In this document: positions 1-13,290 of the stretch, one piece after another | Position numbering within the stretch: the stretch's first letter is position 1 | How the letters are laid out: every line of letters begins with the position of its first letter | Assembly: GCA_036172245.1 (NCBI GenBank) | Contig: JAYWIR010000043.1 | Coordinates: forward strand, 1,240,001 to 1,304,000 | Reading direction: 5' to 3' | DNA: 64,000 bases | DNA from: Raillietiella orientalis | Taxonomy: Eukaryota | The notes under the pieces: model-generated | Seen by the model: the letters and a program-made list of their open reading frames with translations, nothing else | Database searches by the model: none | What the model was told of the DNA's origin: nothing | Translations under genes and position numbers: made by a program

Positions 1-184
1 AAATTTTAGATTCATGATCCGATCAATCACTGAAATCCACGGAAGTACCAAGTCTTAGCAAGGCTTCATCAGCTCTTTATAAGGCATCGTTCAGGTGTCA
101 GCCACACCCAATTTAGCCCCGTGTTTTTTCACACTCTTGGAAAATATTTTTGTGCTCCTAATCACATGAAGCTGCCTTAATTGA

Positions 185-1730
185 AATTGGAAGGAGTGTT
201 GAAGTGATTTGAACTCGAAATCTGCTACTGCTTCTCATTTTGCAGCGCTCTGTTTACTGCTAATCAGCAGTGCGATACCATTACTCAATACATTTGATTG
301 GCTTTCTCGAGAACTTCCTTGGAAAACACTCGGCGATCTCTTCTAAGAAAGGGCAACATCACAAAGCGACCTGGACGAGTCCGAGTTTTCCTGGCAAGAT
401 TTGAGCCGCAGCCCTGATCTGAACATGGACTTTTGGAAAGCCTGCTCTTAAACAAGAAGGATGCGATTCCACAGCTAGCAAACCACTAACGATTGAATTC
501 CGATATCCGTTTGGTCCTCCTTGTGTAGTCGGAATGATATCCATCGGAATGATGTCTTCTGCTCTAAGCTTTACTGCGATTTTAAAAGAGGATTCTGCGA
601 AATATGGAATTTCACTTGAAAAGCGATCGATGGAGGATTCGAGCGTTGCTTCCGGGGTTGATGCTTCTTCGAATGGCGCAATCGTTGCACAGAATCAGAG
701 AGCTACTCACGGTGGTGCATTCAAGGCAAGCTGTTTCAGAAGCAGAATCCTTACTGCTTCTTCCAGATTAATTAAGCAGTAGACCAAGAGTAGTGCAGCG
801 AGACGAAGTTTCATTTGAAAAGAAGAAAAGTCAAGGCCAGCCAGGTATTCAAACTGCTGGCATTTGGCAGAAGGACGACGTCAATTCTATAGGCGAAGGT
901 CAAAGGTCGAATTCAAGCTCGGATTGTGCGGAAGTTGGGTTCTCATCGACGTCGATCACCTCAGTTTCTGCTAGTATCATCAGTTTGTTCCAGGAACCAC
1001 TTCGGCATCCCTTGAATTTGAGACGCAGACAGAGCAGCAACTTCGAGGATGCAAAGATCACATCTGTGCCTCCAAAAGAGTATTGGAGAGCAAAACGGAT
1101 TATAAAGCTTTGTTCTCCCAATGTGCGAAAAACCAGCCGCAAGCAAAAGCAGTTGAACCAACTCAGAGTCCGTGGAGGAAACTAGCTGCGGTTTCCAATC
1201 ACCAAAAATGACCCCCTATGAACTGTGCAGTTTTTTACCCGGTCACGCTGGGCGCTTGTCTTGAAGGAACGAACAAGCAAGTTGGGAACGTCGTTCCCGA
1301 AACAAAAACGACAAGAAAGAAGCTCCAGAAGAGGGTTCACCGACCATCAGGAGCGGAAGAAAGGGGGGCAAGACATAAACAAATAGATGGAAAAGGGTCT
1401 TTGGTTTCGGCGGCTCCCTCTCGCTTGCAGTCGGCACAGAACGCCGGCGATCTCCGACTCGACTTCTTCCAGGTGAGGACACCTCGCGGGCGTCCCCATG
1501 TAGACGGCTGCCATGCGGTTCCCCTCCCTCCGCTGCTCTCGAGACTCCAGCACTTGGAGAACTGTAGACGGTGGCGCGGGTGCAGCGCAAAGTTGCGGTA
1601 ACGGCGGCTGCCGAAAGTCCCCCGCGCGCAAAGAATCGCAGGGCAAGAATCGCCGGGGCAAGTCCTTGGTGGTGTCCTCCAGCTGCAGCAGCACCGATGC
1701 CAGACTCTGCCACAGTTCTCATAGGGCAGT
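185..1730 (-). mobile_element. Decayed L1/Tx1-like LINE fragment (APE to start of RT)
   Basis: Minus-strand degenerate motifs in the expected order: LRAGDFRQ (~GDFN), SDQGCG (~DQxC..PGR), EVLEKANQ (~DxEKAFD). Many stops and frameshifts; ends approximate. Confidence 0.5.
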
Positions 1731-1739
1731 GCAGTCCAG

Positions 1740-2986
1740 CAACCGCTTAAGGTGCGGCACGATCGGATCGTTCCCGCAGCTCAAGCTGCGTGGGGATGCG
1801 ACTCCCCGGAAACAAGGAGCCGGCGCTGATTGTACGGGGAACCCCGGTGCGCAACACACAGTGCTGCTGCAGATCCTGTCCCACCTCAAGGAGAGCGCCG
1901 AAGTATCCAGAAACGAAGGGGGGACCAGATTCTTCGGGAGGCACGCTGAGCATCTCCCCTCACCAAAGCAGTTCCGCGAATGGTAGGTTGCAGAAAACCG
2001 TTCACACGTGATCGAGGATCCAGGAGCCTGGTGCGGAACAGGTGCGACGTTTCCTGTACGCTCGTAACAACAACTGCACGCTCCGGGAGATCCTCAAATA
2101 TTCCCAGAAGAGTGCATGGGCAAGCAGATGCTCCCTCGCCGCCGCGCTGCCCTCCCTCAGGGAACAGCTTTACGGCTAGATGGGAGGTTACTGTGGGAAT
2201 CTCCGGAAGGAGAAAAGGACTGGGAGAGTGGACGACGGATTAGCTCACCGAAGCTGCGACCCCGATCGCTCGACCTCATGAAATTATGCGCTGGAGCGTG
2301 CTACTGGGTATTCCGGAGGAAGGCGTGCAGTAGCTCCCGGTGCTCATGAACACCCGCACCCTCCCCTTAAAGTGGTAGTAGTCGGCGTTGATGCTGCTTC
2401 ACTGGGGCCTCCCATGCAACGCCCGCCGGCATCATTAGAAATGGGGGGTGTAGACCCTAACAGTGTCAGGTGAGAGGAGAGGGAATCGTCCTCGCACCTC
2501 CTAGTGGACTGTGTTGCCCTCCGGCCCCTTGAGGGACGCTTGGCCACGACACTTGGACGTCTTTGGCAAAGCCAGAGACGTTGTAAAGCGCCTCTTCCTG
2601 CGCGGCGCCCTCATGATGGCCGCATCCCCAGCAGCACTTTGCTGCTCACGCGATAGGACCGTGGCTGCATGGAGCAGCAACTCCAGAGGAGACCAGGACG
2701 ACAGGGACGTCATCTATTTTGCTGTCCTCTTCATGACGATGGCGTCCATATGGCCCCATCTGGGAGTCTTGAAACAGGAACTTGCCGGCTCCTCACAAGG
2801 CTTCAGAGGAACACACCTTCCAGCACACAGTGATCCCTTCCCGAACTTCCTCCCTAATTTTTGACTGTAGTTTTTTGCTTTATTTTTTTCTTTTTGTTTG
2901 TCTCCGCTTCCTCTGTGCTGCCGAGGCGAACCCCGCCGGCCTACGTGCGAGTTCCCGGCAGGTTCCTTTTCGTATCCATAAGTAAC
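1740..2986 (+). mobile_element. Decayed L1/Tx1-like LINE 3' end (post-RT, zf-RVT-like, C-terminal tail, 3' UTR)
   Basis: LPLKW..ALMLLHWGLPCNAR and ESSSHLLVDCVALRPL (zf-RVT-like CCHC region). The C-terminal peptide is homologous to 12832-13110 and 35700-36038, followed by a T-rich tract and a hairpin. Confidence 0.7.
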
Positions 2987-5380
2987 GTGGCAGGATCGAA
3001 CGTCCTGCCACAGACATGTAGTTTTAGGAATAAACGCCTCGGCATGACAGGGTATCAACCAAAGCAGTCCCTTAGTTTGGGAACAAGGAGTGGCGTCGTG
3101 TACCAGATCCACCTATCCCCTCCGGTAGACCACTGTCGTTGCCCGCCCTTAGGGGAGACAGAACTGCAGCATAAGATGTGAGGGCCATCCGTCGCAACAC
3201 TTCGTCGAGCCCCTCAGGGCATCTACAAACGGGTGGAGAGGGAGAGTTCACAGGTGACGGGGTATTTCTGGAAGTACAATCTGACGAACAATTAAGCGTC
3301 CAGTCGGTTTTCGAGCTCCTGGCCGTCATCTGTTTCGCCGCACGTGCAGGGATGCACGCTGCACTCGGGAGACATGCAGATATTCGGTCCTAAATCTCTT
3401 TGGTGCTGTTTCCCAGCGGGGAAATTGTACTTTCACCTACAGGCCGTGTCCAAATGGGTCTGGACTTCGAGGGTCTGGCAGTGGTTGGTGCCGTCCGATC
3501 TTGAGAACGACGTTCCTGCGAAAGTACTCGGACCTCTCGTCCAGTAAGACAGTGGGTGAGGGTGGTGATGCCCTTTGAACCCGTGTGTCAAAATAAGAAA
3601 CCACTTTCTGGTAACGCTCAAAAGCATCCCCAACCATCTCCTGGGCGCGGAATGCAGGATGTGCTGACAGCAGTGCTGAGAGCCAGCAGATCGCTGAAGC
3701 TGCGTGTTTCACGTGGAACCGTAGGTCGAGGCGCAGGACGTCCGACATCTGTGGCGTCGTGATCTGCGATCTGCCAAACCTCGGAATCCGTTGCGAAAGA
3801 TTTCCCAAAGTAGGTTTGTAAGAAGAGAAACAACGCATAGCGCATCTTTGTTTCCGCCCGCAGGCCACCAAACGGACGCAATTTGGAATCGGGAGCGATC
3901 AATTCTTCGCTGAGATTTCGACCATCTTGTTCCCTTTGGCGATTTTGGTCACCAGGTAAACTTCACCATTGTATGGGAAATCGTCCGGGGAGCGTCGGAG
4001 GTGCTCGCTTGGGGAGTAAACGGCAGCACGCTGGCAGGTCTCCTGCCCAATTAGAATGAAGGGGTTGACATCAGAAGGATCTTCATCTTTGATCGTGTTG
4101 GCATGGATCCTCGTCTGACCTGTCCTGCGAGACAAGCAACGAAAGATGAGTCTCGTGGGCGCGCGGTGAGGAAAGGCATGGTTTCGGCTTCCATGCAGAG
4201 CGACCTCTCCCAGGAGACGGAGCCTATCCCGGTAATCACACCCGAATGGGCGATGACCGCTGCAGAGAAATAGGTTGCAGGACGTGCCCCACCAAAAAGA
4301 GAAGATGAGGAAGAAATTGAAGGAGGCACATCGCAAGGGGTGCTGCTGCCCTTTGCCGCCCTCCAGCATAGCAAAACGGAATCACCCTTTGAGAAATGCG
4401 ACGCTTCCGCGATGGTGGGAGAGCAACAGACTGCTGATCTGCAGCGCTGGACTTGTAGCTGGAGCACATAATGTTGCAGTGTCGTCAGGAGCACTTCTTG
4501 CCCAGAGAAATGGGACGCTAAACTGGGACGTGATTTCCAGGATTCGCCGTAGGTCTGGAAGATTTCTGCCCAACGGAGGCCCGCTTTTGGATGGTGGCAA
4601 GCTCACCCAAACAGGCCGTACAGCTCCGTGAGTTCTGAATGAAATTGTGAAACCCAAGCGCTTCAGACGCAATACGCACGCACCCCGAAAATAAGAGGAA
4701 TTGAATGCGTTCCTCGCAGTGCTTGCCTCCTGGCTGGAGAACCAAACACCAAACACCCTTCACCGCACGACGCACTGTGGGGGAGGAAGGCATGCCCATG
4801 CTTGACAGGGAGAAGTTTCCGTTCTTCCAGCATTACGAGGGCTGCTTTCGTGCAGCTATCTCGAAATGACAGCAATCTAACTGTCGAAGACACTCAAGTA
4901 ACGGCTCACTGCTGAGCAGCAAGGACGTGCTCAAGGAGGTCGATTTCGCGGAACGGCAGTGGTTGATTCACGTCTTGAGCACCTGCCGACAACACTTTGG
5001 ATCATTCGGTTGACGCCTAGTGTGAATTCCTACTGAGGAACCATTTTTCCTATATTCCATTTCCTGAAACGATAGGTATGAGTGGCTTCCGGGAATCCTC
5101 TACCTCGGCTTACCGATGGAATTGGATCTGCAGGCCGCGTTTCAGGTTCAACTTCGTAGCAATCTGACTCAAGGATGCTGGAGCGATTCCAAGGAAGCCA
5201 TCAGCGAAGTCAGGAACATTCACTGGGTATTTGAGTGGAATGGCTTGGACTTTCACGCAAGTCTTCTGGGAAGGCTTGGGGAAAACGTTCACTGTCCATG
5301 CTCTGAAACAGATTCTCCTATTTCGACAATCATCTTCCTGCTTCCATCCAGGGAAAAAAAAGAAAACAGGTTCATTCTCA
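2987..5380 (-). mobile_element. Decayed L1/Tx1-like LINE ORF2 fragment (APE, linker, RT)
   Basis: Collinear degenerate motifs: PTRLIF...TIKDED linker, WLGMLLSVTRK (~WRPISLLN), SYAAV (~YADD), LSCRGVY (~LKYLGVY). Confidence 0.5.
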
Positions 5381-5419
5381 GCTCTTTAGAAGTTGTGGGA
5401 TTTAGTAATCGTTAAATCC

Positions 5420-6222
5420 ACCTCGAATGGTCCGCAGAGCCACTCTGGAACACCGAAAGTCGGCAGCTGCCAGCCAACCTGTTCACAGGGAGCTGATCCA
5501 GGAAAACTGGAGGCAATTGTACCGGAAGTCATTTTCATTTCTTAAGAGCATTCAACACCGAGACGCCAGAAGGAGCAAGACGAAAGAATGAGAGCAGGTG
5601 GCTTTGCACTTAGCCTGCAAAGGAGTGACGGCGACCTCAAGAGCAATCATCTCTTGGACACTAGTGAATACTTGACGCCGCAAAATATTGAAGGATGCAA
5701 AAATCCATAAAACAGGAACACAGAAAGATCCTATCCTTTCACCACAAAAGAAATGGACTTCTCCGGCAGCTATCGTTTCAGGGATGCTGGATGTTTTCTG
5801 GATGAACCGCATCGAAAGAGGCGTCAAAAAACCTCTCCCTTGCGAGGGTGGTGGAGGGGAACGGAGAGTCGTTACAGGTTGTTTGTTTGCACCCTCTTAT
5901 CTCAACAGGAACGCAACCGGTAAGTTTGTAAGTGAAATCACCGCGGGCAATATTTACCACCGTCTCCTTCAGGACCTGGTCTCGCCGCTGCATGCTCATT
6001 CGATACAGCAGTCCGTCCTTCGCTCAAGCCGACTTCAGTCCCTGGGGGCTTCACCAAATCTGCTTTCCACAAGGAAAGCGAACTCCAGTGCCGCGCCTGC
6101 GACGTCATTTGTCCTCTGCTAACCGCAGAATGGTGACTAGCACTTGTCTGGAGACATATCTTCATACACATAAAAACTCGTGGTCTTGCCTTCATATTGT
6201 ACCTCTTTTTTGTTTTCCGAGG
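5420..6222 (+). mobile_element. Decayed LINE post-RT fragment
   Basis: LYRKSFSFL (~F.FLW), RAGGFAL (~GGLGL), ITAGNIYHRLL (~TxKxIYxxL). Confidence 0.45.
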
Positions 6223-9026
6223 AATTGGAAGGAGTGTTGAAGTGATTTGAACTCGAAATCTGCTACTGCTTCTCATTTTGCAGCGCTCTGTTTACTGCTA
6301 ATCAGCAGTGCGATACCATTACTCAATACATTTGATTGGCTTTCTCGAGAACTTCCTTGGAAAACACTCGGCGATCTCTTCTAAGAAAGAACCCAACATC
6401 ACAAAGCGACCTGGACGAGTCCGAGTTTTCCTGGCAAGATTTGAGCCGCAGCCCTGATCTGAACATGGACTTTTGGAAAGCCTGCTCTTAAACAAGAAGG
6501 ATGCGATTCCACAGCTAGCAAACCACTAACGATTGAATTCCGATATCCGTTTGGTCCTCCTTGTGTAGTCGGAATGATATCCATCGGAATGATGTCTTCT
6601 GCTCTAAGCTTTACTGCGATTTTAAAAGAGGATTCTGCGAAATATGGAATTTCACTTGAAAAGCGATCGATGGAGGATTCGAGCGTTGCTTCCGGGGTTG
6701 ATGCTTCTTCGAATGGCGCAATCGTTGCACAGAATCAGAGAGCTACTCACGGTGGTGCATTCAAGGCAAGCTGTTTCAGAAGCAGAATCCTTACTGCTTC
6801 TTCCAGATTAATTAAGCAGTAGACCAAGAGTAGTGCAGCGAGACGAAGTTTCATTTGAAAAGAAGAAAAGTCAAGGCCAGCCAGGTATTCAAACTGCTGG
6901 CATTTGGCAGAAGGACGACGTCAATTCTATAGGCGAAGGTCAAAGGTCGAATTCAAGCTCGGATTGTGCGGAAGTTGGGTTCTCATCGACGTCGATCACC
7001 TCAGTTTCTGCTAGTATCATCAGTTTGTTCCAGGAACCACTTCGGCATCCCTTGAATTTGAGACGCAGACAGAGCAGCAACTTCGAGGATGCAAAGATCA
7101 CATCTGTGCCTCCAAAAGAGTATTGGAGAGCAAAACGGATTATAAAGCTTTGTTCTCCCAATGTGCGAAAAACCAGCCGCAAGCAAAAGCAGTTGAACCA
7201 ACTCAGAGTCCGTGGAGGAAACTAGCTGCGGTTTCCAATCACCAAAAATGACCCCCTATGAACTGTGCAGTTTTTTACCCGGTCACGCTGGGCGCTTGTC
7301 TTGAAGGAACGAACAAGCAAGTTGGGAACGTCGTTCCCGAAACAAAAACGACAAGAAAGAAGCTCCAGAAGAGGGTTCACCGACCATCAGGAGCGGAAGA
7401 AAGGGGGGCAAGACATAAACAAATAGATGGAAAAGGGTCTTTGGTTTCGGCGGCTCCCTCTCGCTTGCAGTCGGCACAGAACGCCGGCGATCTCCGACTC
7501 GACTTCTTCCAGGTGAGGACACCTCGCGGGCGTCCCCATGTAGACGGCTGCCATGCGGTTCCCCTCCCTCCGCTGCTCTCGAGACTCCAGCACTTGGAGA
7601 ACTGTAGACGGTGGCGCGGGTGCAGCGCAAAGTTGCGGTAACGGCGGCTGCCGAAAGTCCCCCGCGCGCAAAGAATCGCAGGGCAAGAATCGCCGGGGCA
7701 AGTCCTTGGTGGTGTCCTCCAGCTGCAGCAGCACCGATGCCAGACTCTGCCACAGTTCTCATAGGGCAGTGCAGTCCAGCAACCGCTTAAGGTGCGGCAC
7801 GATCGGATCGTTCCCGCAGCTCAAGCTGCGTGGGGATGCGACTCCCCGGAAACAAGGAGCCGGCGCTGATTGTACGGGGAACCCCGGTGCGCAACACACA
7901 GTGCTGCTGCAGATCCTGTCCCACCTCAAGGAGAGCGCCGAAGTATCCAGACACGAAGGGGGGACCAGATTCTTCGGGAGGCACGCTGAGCATCTCCCCT
8001 CACCAAAGCAGTTCCGCGAATGGTAGGTTGCAGAAAACCGTTCACACGTGATCGAGGATCCAGGAGCCTGGTGCGGAACAGGTGCGACGTTTCCTGTACG
8101 CTCGTAACAACAACTGCACGCTCCGGGAGATCCTCAAATATTCCCAGAAGAGTGCATGGGCAAGCAGATGCTCCCTCGCCGCCGCGCTGCCCTCCCTCAG
8201 GGAACAGCTTTACGGCTAGATGGGAGGTTACTGTGGGAATCTCCGGAAGGAGAAAAGGACTGGGAGAGTGGACGACGGATTAGCTCACCGAAGCTGCGAC
8301 CCCGATCGCTCGACCTCATGAAATTATGCGCTGGAGCGTGCTACTGGGTATTCCGGAGGAAGGCGTGCAGTAGCTCCCGGTGCTCATGAACACCCGCACC
8401 CTCCCCTTAAAGTGGTAGTAGTCGGCGTTGATGCTGCTTCACTGGGGCCTCCCATGCAACGCCCGCCGGCATCATTAGAAATGGGGGGTGTAGACCCTAA
8501 CAGTGTCAGGTGAGAGGAGAGGGAATCGTCCTCGCACCTCCTAGTGGACTGTGTTGCCCTCCGGCCCCTTGAGGGACGCTTGGCCACGACACTTGGACGT
8601 CTTTGGCAAAGCCAGAGACGTTGTAAAGCGCCTCTTCCTGCGCGGCGCCCTCATGATGGCCGCATCCCCAGCAGCACTTTGCTGCTCACGCGATAGGACC
8701 GTGGCTGCATGGAGCAGCAACTCCAGAGGAGACCAGGACGACAGGGACGTCATCTATTTTGCTGTCCTCTTCATGACGATGGCGTCCATATGGCCCCATC
8801 TGGGAGTCTTGAAACAGGAACTTGCCGGCTCCTCACAAGGCTTCAGAGGAACACACCTTCCAGCACACAGTGATCCCTTCCCGAACTTCCTCCCTAATTT
8901 TTGACTGTAGTTTTTTGCTTTATTTTTTTCTTTTTGTTTGTCTCCGCTTCCTCTGTGCTGCCGAGGCGAACCCCGCCGGCCTACGTGCGAGTTCCCGGCA
9001 GGTTCCTTTTCGTATCCATAAGTAAC
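6223..9026. repeat. Direct repeat copy B (contains the same minus and plus LINE relics as copy A)
   Basis: Near-identical to 185-2986. Confidence 0.98.
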
Positions 9027-10850
9027 CTTCTGCCTTCTGCTCCTCCTCCTGGACTCCTGGTGATGAGACGCTCCGCATTTCATTTCCTGAAGCAAATGGG
9101 TTCCACCGCTCCGCAGTTCATGCGGCCAATTGCGAACGGAGCGCCTTATCGCGTCATAGGTAGCGATACGAATGTTAATGAGGGTGATGATGGTGTCAAG
9201 GGAGGCGCTTGGTAATGATGCTGGCGGGTGGGATGAGTCATTATTGCTTGGTGGCTTTATCGAGCTCGGCTCTCAGGGAAACTCGATGTCGGCGGTATTG
9301 CAAGAACCAATGTACTCTGCCCATGACCGCGGCCTACCGTTGTTCAAACGGTGCAGTCTGAGAGCTTCTCGAAGAGGCATCTTCCACCGGGACAAGCAGA
9401 AGAGCTCATCCACATGAACATAGTCCATGGGCATCTTTTCAGGCAAGGTGTCTCTCAAGTAGGGAGTCCGGCGGAAGGATTCCTGCAGCCCGAAGGGGGA
9501 AGGCGACGGGAAAGAACCGGACTATTATTCCTATAGTCGTTTGGCCTTGAGCCAAGACGACGGTGCCGGCTTCATTTTTTGAATCAGATGAGGACACACC
9601 TCGCAGTTCCCCCATAGCAAGGAAACTGCCAGCAGGTTGGCGTAGGTCTTCCGTCGGTGCAACTCGTTAGCGGGACGAGTCGCCATCATCGTTCACAGCC
9701 GTCGTCTGGGCTGCCTGCACTCGTCCGTGAGGACGAGTTTGGATCAGCCAGGAGAAAGGGTGCCGAACTTCAAAAGAAGGTTGGGATGGAGGAGGGAAGG
9801 GATGAACATTACTATAAATCTCCCCTCGCACAGCCCGGGCACTCTATCTACCCCCTGCACCTGTCCGGTCGTGATGATGCCCTTCGCGCATGAGTCCCCA
9901 GTGGCCGCGTCTACATCTGAGCTGCTGGTGACCCCTCAGGTGGACGGCAGGTTCCACCCGGGAGGACAGTAACAATCCTCGCTTTCTCTGCTCTCGCAGA
10001 AGCAAGAAGTTGGAAAGGTGGTACAAGAGCAGTCTCTATTCTTAGGACCATGGGTGACCCAAAGTTTCAAATAAAATAGGAGAAAGGGGGAACTGGAACC
10101 AAGGGTTTGGCAGATGTATACGCTGCAGTCGCGTGGGTGATCTCACCGCGAACTGCGGTCGGATCTTCTGCTTGTGGTCTCCCTTTATTATTGACAGGGA
10201 GTTGGCGATTTCCCGTTCGAATCTTCTCGCTTCTGCTTGCAGCTTTCCCACTTTAGGCTGCAAATTCTTGCAAAGTTCTCAACGGCGAACCGAAGGTAAT
10301 CTGAACAGATGGTCATCTCACATATCCTGGTTGAGCATCTGTCCAGATGAATTCCAGCCTCATCCGTTCGCCATCTGCAGAACGGATGCGGCCTTCTTCT
10401 ATGTTGTCCAGGCAGAGTGAGCTCGAAGAGGCGCATTGTAACTGAAATAATGATTCATTTTCTGGAACGCGTGAGGCGCGTTCTTGCTCTGGTTCCCTCT
10501 CTGCCGCCGCCTGAGGCTTTTCAAAAGGTGGAAATTCATTTTTGTTTTTATTATTCGGGAAATCCATGCATCCATGGGCGACTGTCCTGGACCAGCGATC
10601 CGGATTCCGACTTTGGAATCGTCTTTGGGCACCGATCGCCTTTCGAGTCGACGCAGCTGCCCTTCCAAGGTCGCTTCCCCCACTCCTGCAGTTTTCGGTA
10701 CTGCCATTCCAGCAACACCAGGATGGGTGGGTCTGTTGCCCGTCGATACGGCAAACCTCAGTGACAAACGATTTCCCCGCAAGAGCATCTCGAGATGTAT
10801 TCGTCGTCGTCGGACACACGGACTGCTTGAGCCGAGCCTCCGTCAAGTCG
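9027..10850 (-). mobile_element. Probable decayed LINE 3' half
   Basis: Tail peptide IATYDAIRRSVRNWPHELRSGGTHLLQ weakly resembles the family C-terminus (..WP(H/Q)LG.LK..L.GILQ). LSRWKMPL resembles the zf-RVT start. Confidence 0.35.
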
Positions 10851-10889
10851 CCGTCGTCGGCAGAACGCCAGCTGCTTCCATTCATAACA

Positions 10890-12060
10890 TGCCGTCCTCG
10901 ACATCAGGAGTCCTCCTCACCCAGATGCGTGGCAGAGTCATTCTCACCTTGATGCGCTTGCTGCTCCTGAGACTCCAAGCAGCACCTACAGCGCTCTTCG
11001 TACCCGAATGCATGTAGGCCAGCCAGCGTCGTCTTGCAGGAGGGATCGAACCCGCGACGCACTGCGTCGATTCTTTCAGAGTATTTTCGGGCCCTATCGA
11101 GCCTCCGACGCGGGCTCGGTCCCCGTCCATGCGTCGCGAGGGAGATGCAGCCGACTAACGACGAAGCTTTCACGGATCACTTCCGTTTGTTTCTCAGCAA
11201 GTCGTGACCCGGATGGGCAGCTGGAGATCAGGAGCCGCGCGCCATGTCTCAGCAAGACGAACCTGGCTCCGCTGGGGTGAGGCAGTGCAGCTGAGCCAGG
11301 CGGGGCAGGCAGACCGAAGCACGTGAGCCGTTTTGCGAGCCAGCATGGCTGCCACCTGCACTCGATGCTGTCTCCTGACGAACACTGCTCCGCACGGATC
11401 CTCCTCGAGGTCGCAACGCGCGCACGCTGTCGAAGGAGGCCTCCGGCTGGCCCCATGTGCCCGTCGTGATCAGCGAAACCGTAGCCGCCACCACAGCAGG
11501 GTCCGAAAAAGGAGGCGTGGCGGGCTGCCTACGGATTTCTGCGGCAGACGTCAATTTGCTCGCCAAGGCGTGGTGCGTGCTAATGGAACGAGTGGCGGCG
11601 TTTGCAGTGGCAGGACTTCGCAGTCCCAGGTGGAGCCAGCAACCCTCCTCGCCCTCACCCCCTTCAGATTGCGAGGCTGCCGCCGCCTCCAGGAGGTGCT
11701 GCACGGGAGGCTCGTGCAGCGTTGCACTCGATAAGGGGGCGCCGGCTCTCGCAGTCGACCTTCGAAAGACCTTCCGCCTGCGAAGCACTTTCGACGGCGT
11801 TGATCATCCTCCTGGAGCTGATTGCCTCGCCGGCCCCTGGAACATTGGCGGTCGCTGCGGTCTATACGCGTCGTCCAGCTGTCCTTACCTCACCCGGAGA
11901 CTTTCGTGTCCGGCGAGAGAGAGCCGGATGCGGTTCGGCACCTATTCCCAGCTGGTGCTGGATGCGTGTCCACATTCCTCAGCCCCCAGAGCAGCACGCT
12001 GCAGCACTGCCCTACGCCGACGGATTCCCTCTCTTGTTGACAGAGACCCCACTCGAGGAA
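10890..12060 (+). mobile_element. Decayed LINE RT-end/post-RT fragment
   Basis: VDSFRVF (~FKYLG), LEIRSRAPCLSKTNLAPL (~LSxxGRxxLxxxxL), EGGLRL (~GGLGL). Confidence 0.5.
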
Positions 12061-12069
12061 ATGACAATT

Positions 12070-12800
12070 TAATCAGATAAGAATTAAATCAATCAATTTA
12101 AAACTGTTCTTTTTGGTTGAGTTTTTATGATGATAGAAAAGGTCGAAAGCACGCTCACCAATGACAACACCAACAGGGATAGTGTTCGTTGTGCAGCTTG
12201 TGACAATAAACTCTCTTTCGAATTCTGTCTCGACATCAACAAATACTTTGGAAATTGAATGTTTCGAAAAGTGAATGAACATCCCTTCACCAGATCTCTG
12301 ACAGACTCCTATGTGCCAGGAATGATTGAATTAGCCTGCATGGGAAAAGACCAAAGTATAGGCAACTCTGCAGATACAATGCCCGACATTACAACACTAA
12401 GTATAGCTGAAGCACTTGCTTTTGAGGATGGGTTTGGGGTTTCCCGATGGGGTATTTCCTGAACAATGCGCCGGCAGTGGACATTCTAAAAGGATAATCG
12501 AAAAAGGAAATTGGGATCAGGGGCTGTGGACGCATTCCCATTTGGGCTTGCGGTTACATCCTGCAAGGCACTGAGGAACGTCGCCAAGTGAGCGGAATCT
12601 CCTCAAGAACCTAGTAAATCCATTCCCTAAGAACATTACTCCCAAAAGCAAGTGACGCTCAATGATGTCAAACTCCGGAAGTGACAAACTGAGTGACAGC
12701 ACTGTGAGTCAATGTAGCATAAGGTTGACACCCCACCGCGAGTCGGACTGGGGAAGGGCTTGGCCACTAACAGTGTTGTACTCGACATGGACTGATCTTG
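12070..12800 (-). mobile_element. Decayed LINE APE/linker fragment
   Basis: VIGERAFDLFYHHKNSTKKNSF (~GEKxTxYFF..K..KN linker motif) and LLLG-(GDF)-like segment. Confidence 0.4.
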
Positions 12801-12819
12801 TTAACTTACAGTCGATCAG

Positions 12820-13290
12820 CCATAGAAGTTTGTGGGAATGTTTGCCCTGTTCTTTGCCATCCCAGTGGACGACTCCAGAAACATTCTAAAGACCCTCTTC
12901 GTGCGGGATGCCATGTCGCCCACGGCCGCAATCGCGGAGCTCTGCCGCGTGCGCGGTGTCATCGCAGAGAGATACGAGGCCGAGAGTGGCCAAAACAACA
13001 CGGGAGCCATCCCTTTCTCCATCAGTTCCTGCGGATGGTCTCCAGGAGGTGGTTCCACCCCGGAAGCCATCGAGACGGGCTCGCCGGCATCCTCCAAAGG
13101 ATGCAGAGGACCCAACGTTGTGGGCTGCGATCTTTCCCTTCCCCATTTTTTTTTAAAACTCAAAACAGAATTTTTTTCTCTCGTTCTTCTCCATGACTCT
13201 TGAGGACCTCGTCGGTGCCCCCTTTGGGTTCTCTGATTCTGACCCGGTGGGACATCATGTCCCACCGACTGCTGTCCTCATGAGACTGGT
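12820..13290 (+). mobile_element. LINE C-terminal tail and 3' UTR (third diverged family member)
   Basis: LFVRDAMSPTAAIAELCRVRGVIAER...LAGILQRM aligns with FFVRDALQPTAALAALCCIPGIVAAR...LEGILQSM at 35800-36015. Followed by a T-rich tract. Confidence 0.7.

Larger units (their letters stand above)
185..2986. repeat. Direct repeat copy A (2.8 kb segmental duplication; partner 6223-9026)
   Basis: Identical ORF set at offset 6038/6040. Both copies start AATTGGAAGGAG and end CCATAAGTAAC. I saw only a small indel near 351 and a substitution at 1912/7952. Confidence 0.98.

Noticed and set aside
185..9026. LTR retrotransposon (two long direct repeats flanking an internal region)
   Set aside because: No TG...CA termini, no evident PBS/PPT, and no gag, protease or integrase. 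Both the repeats and the interior are non-LTR debris.
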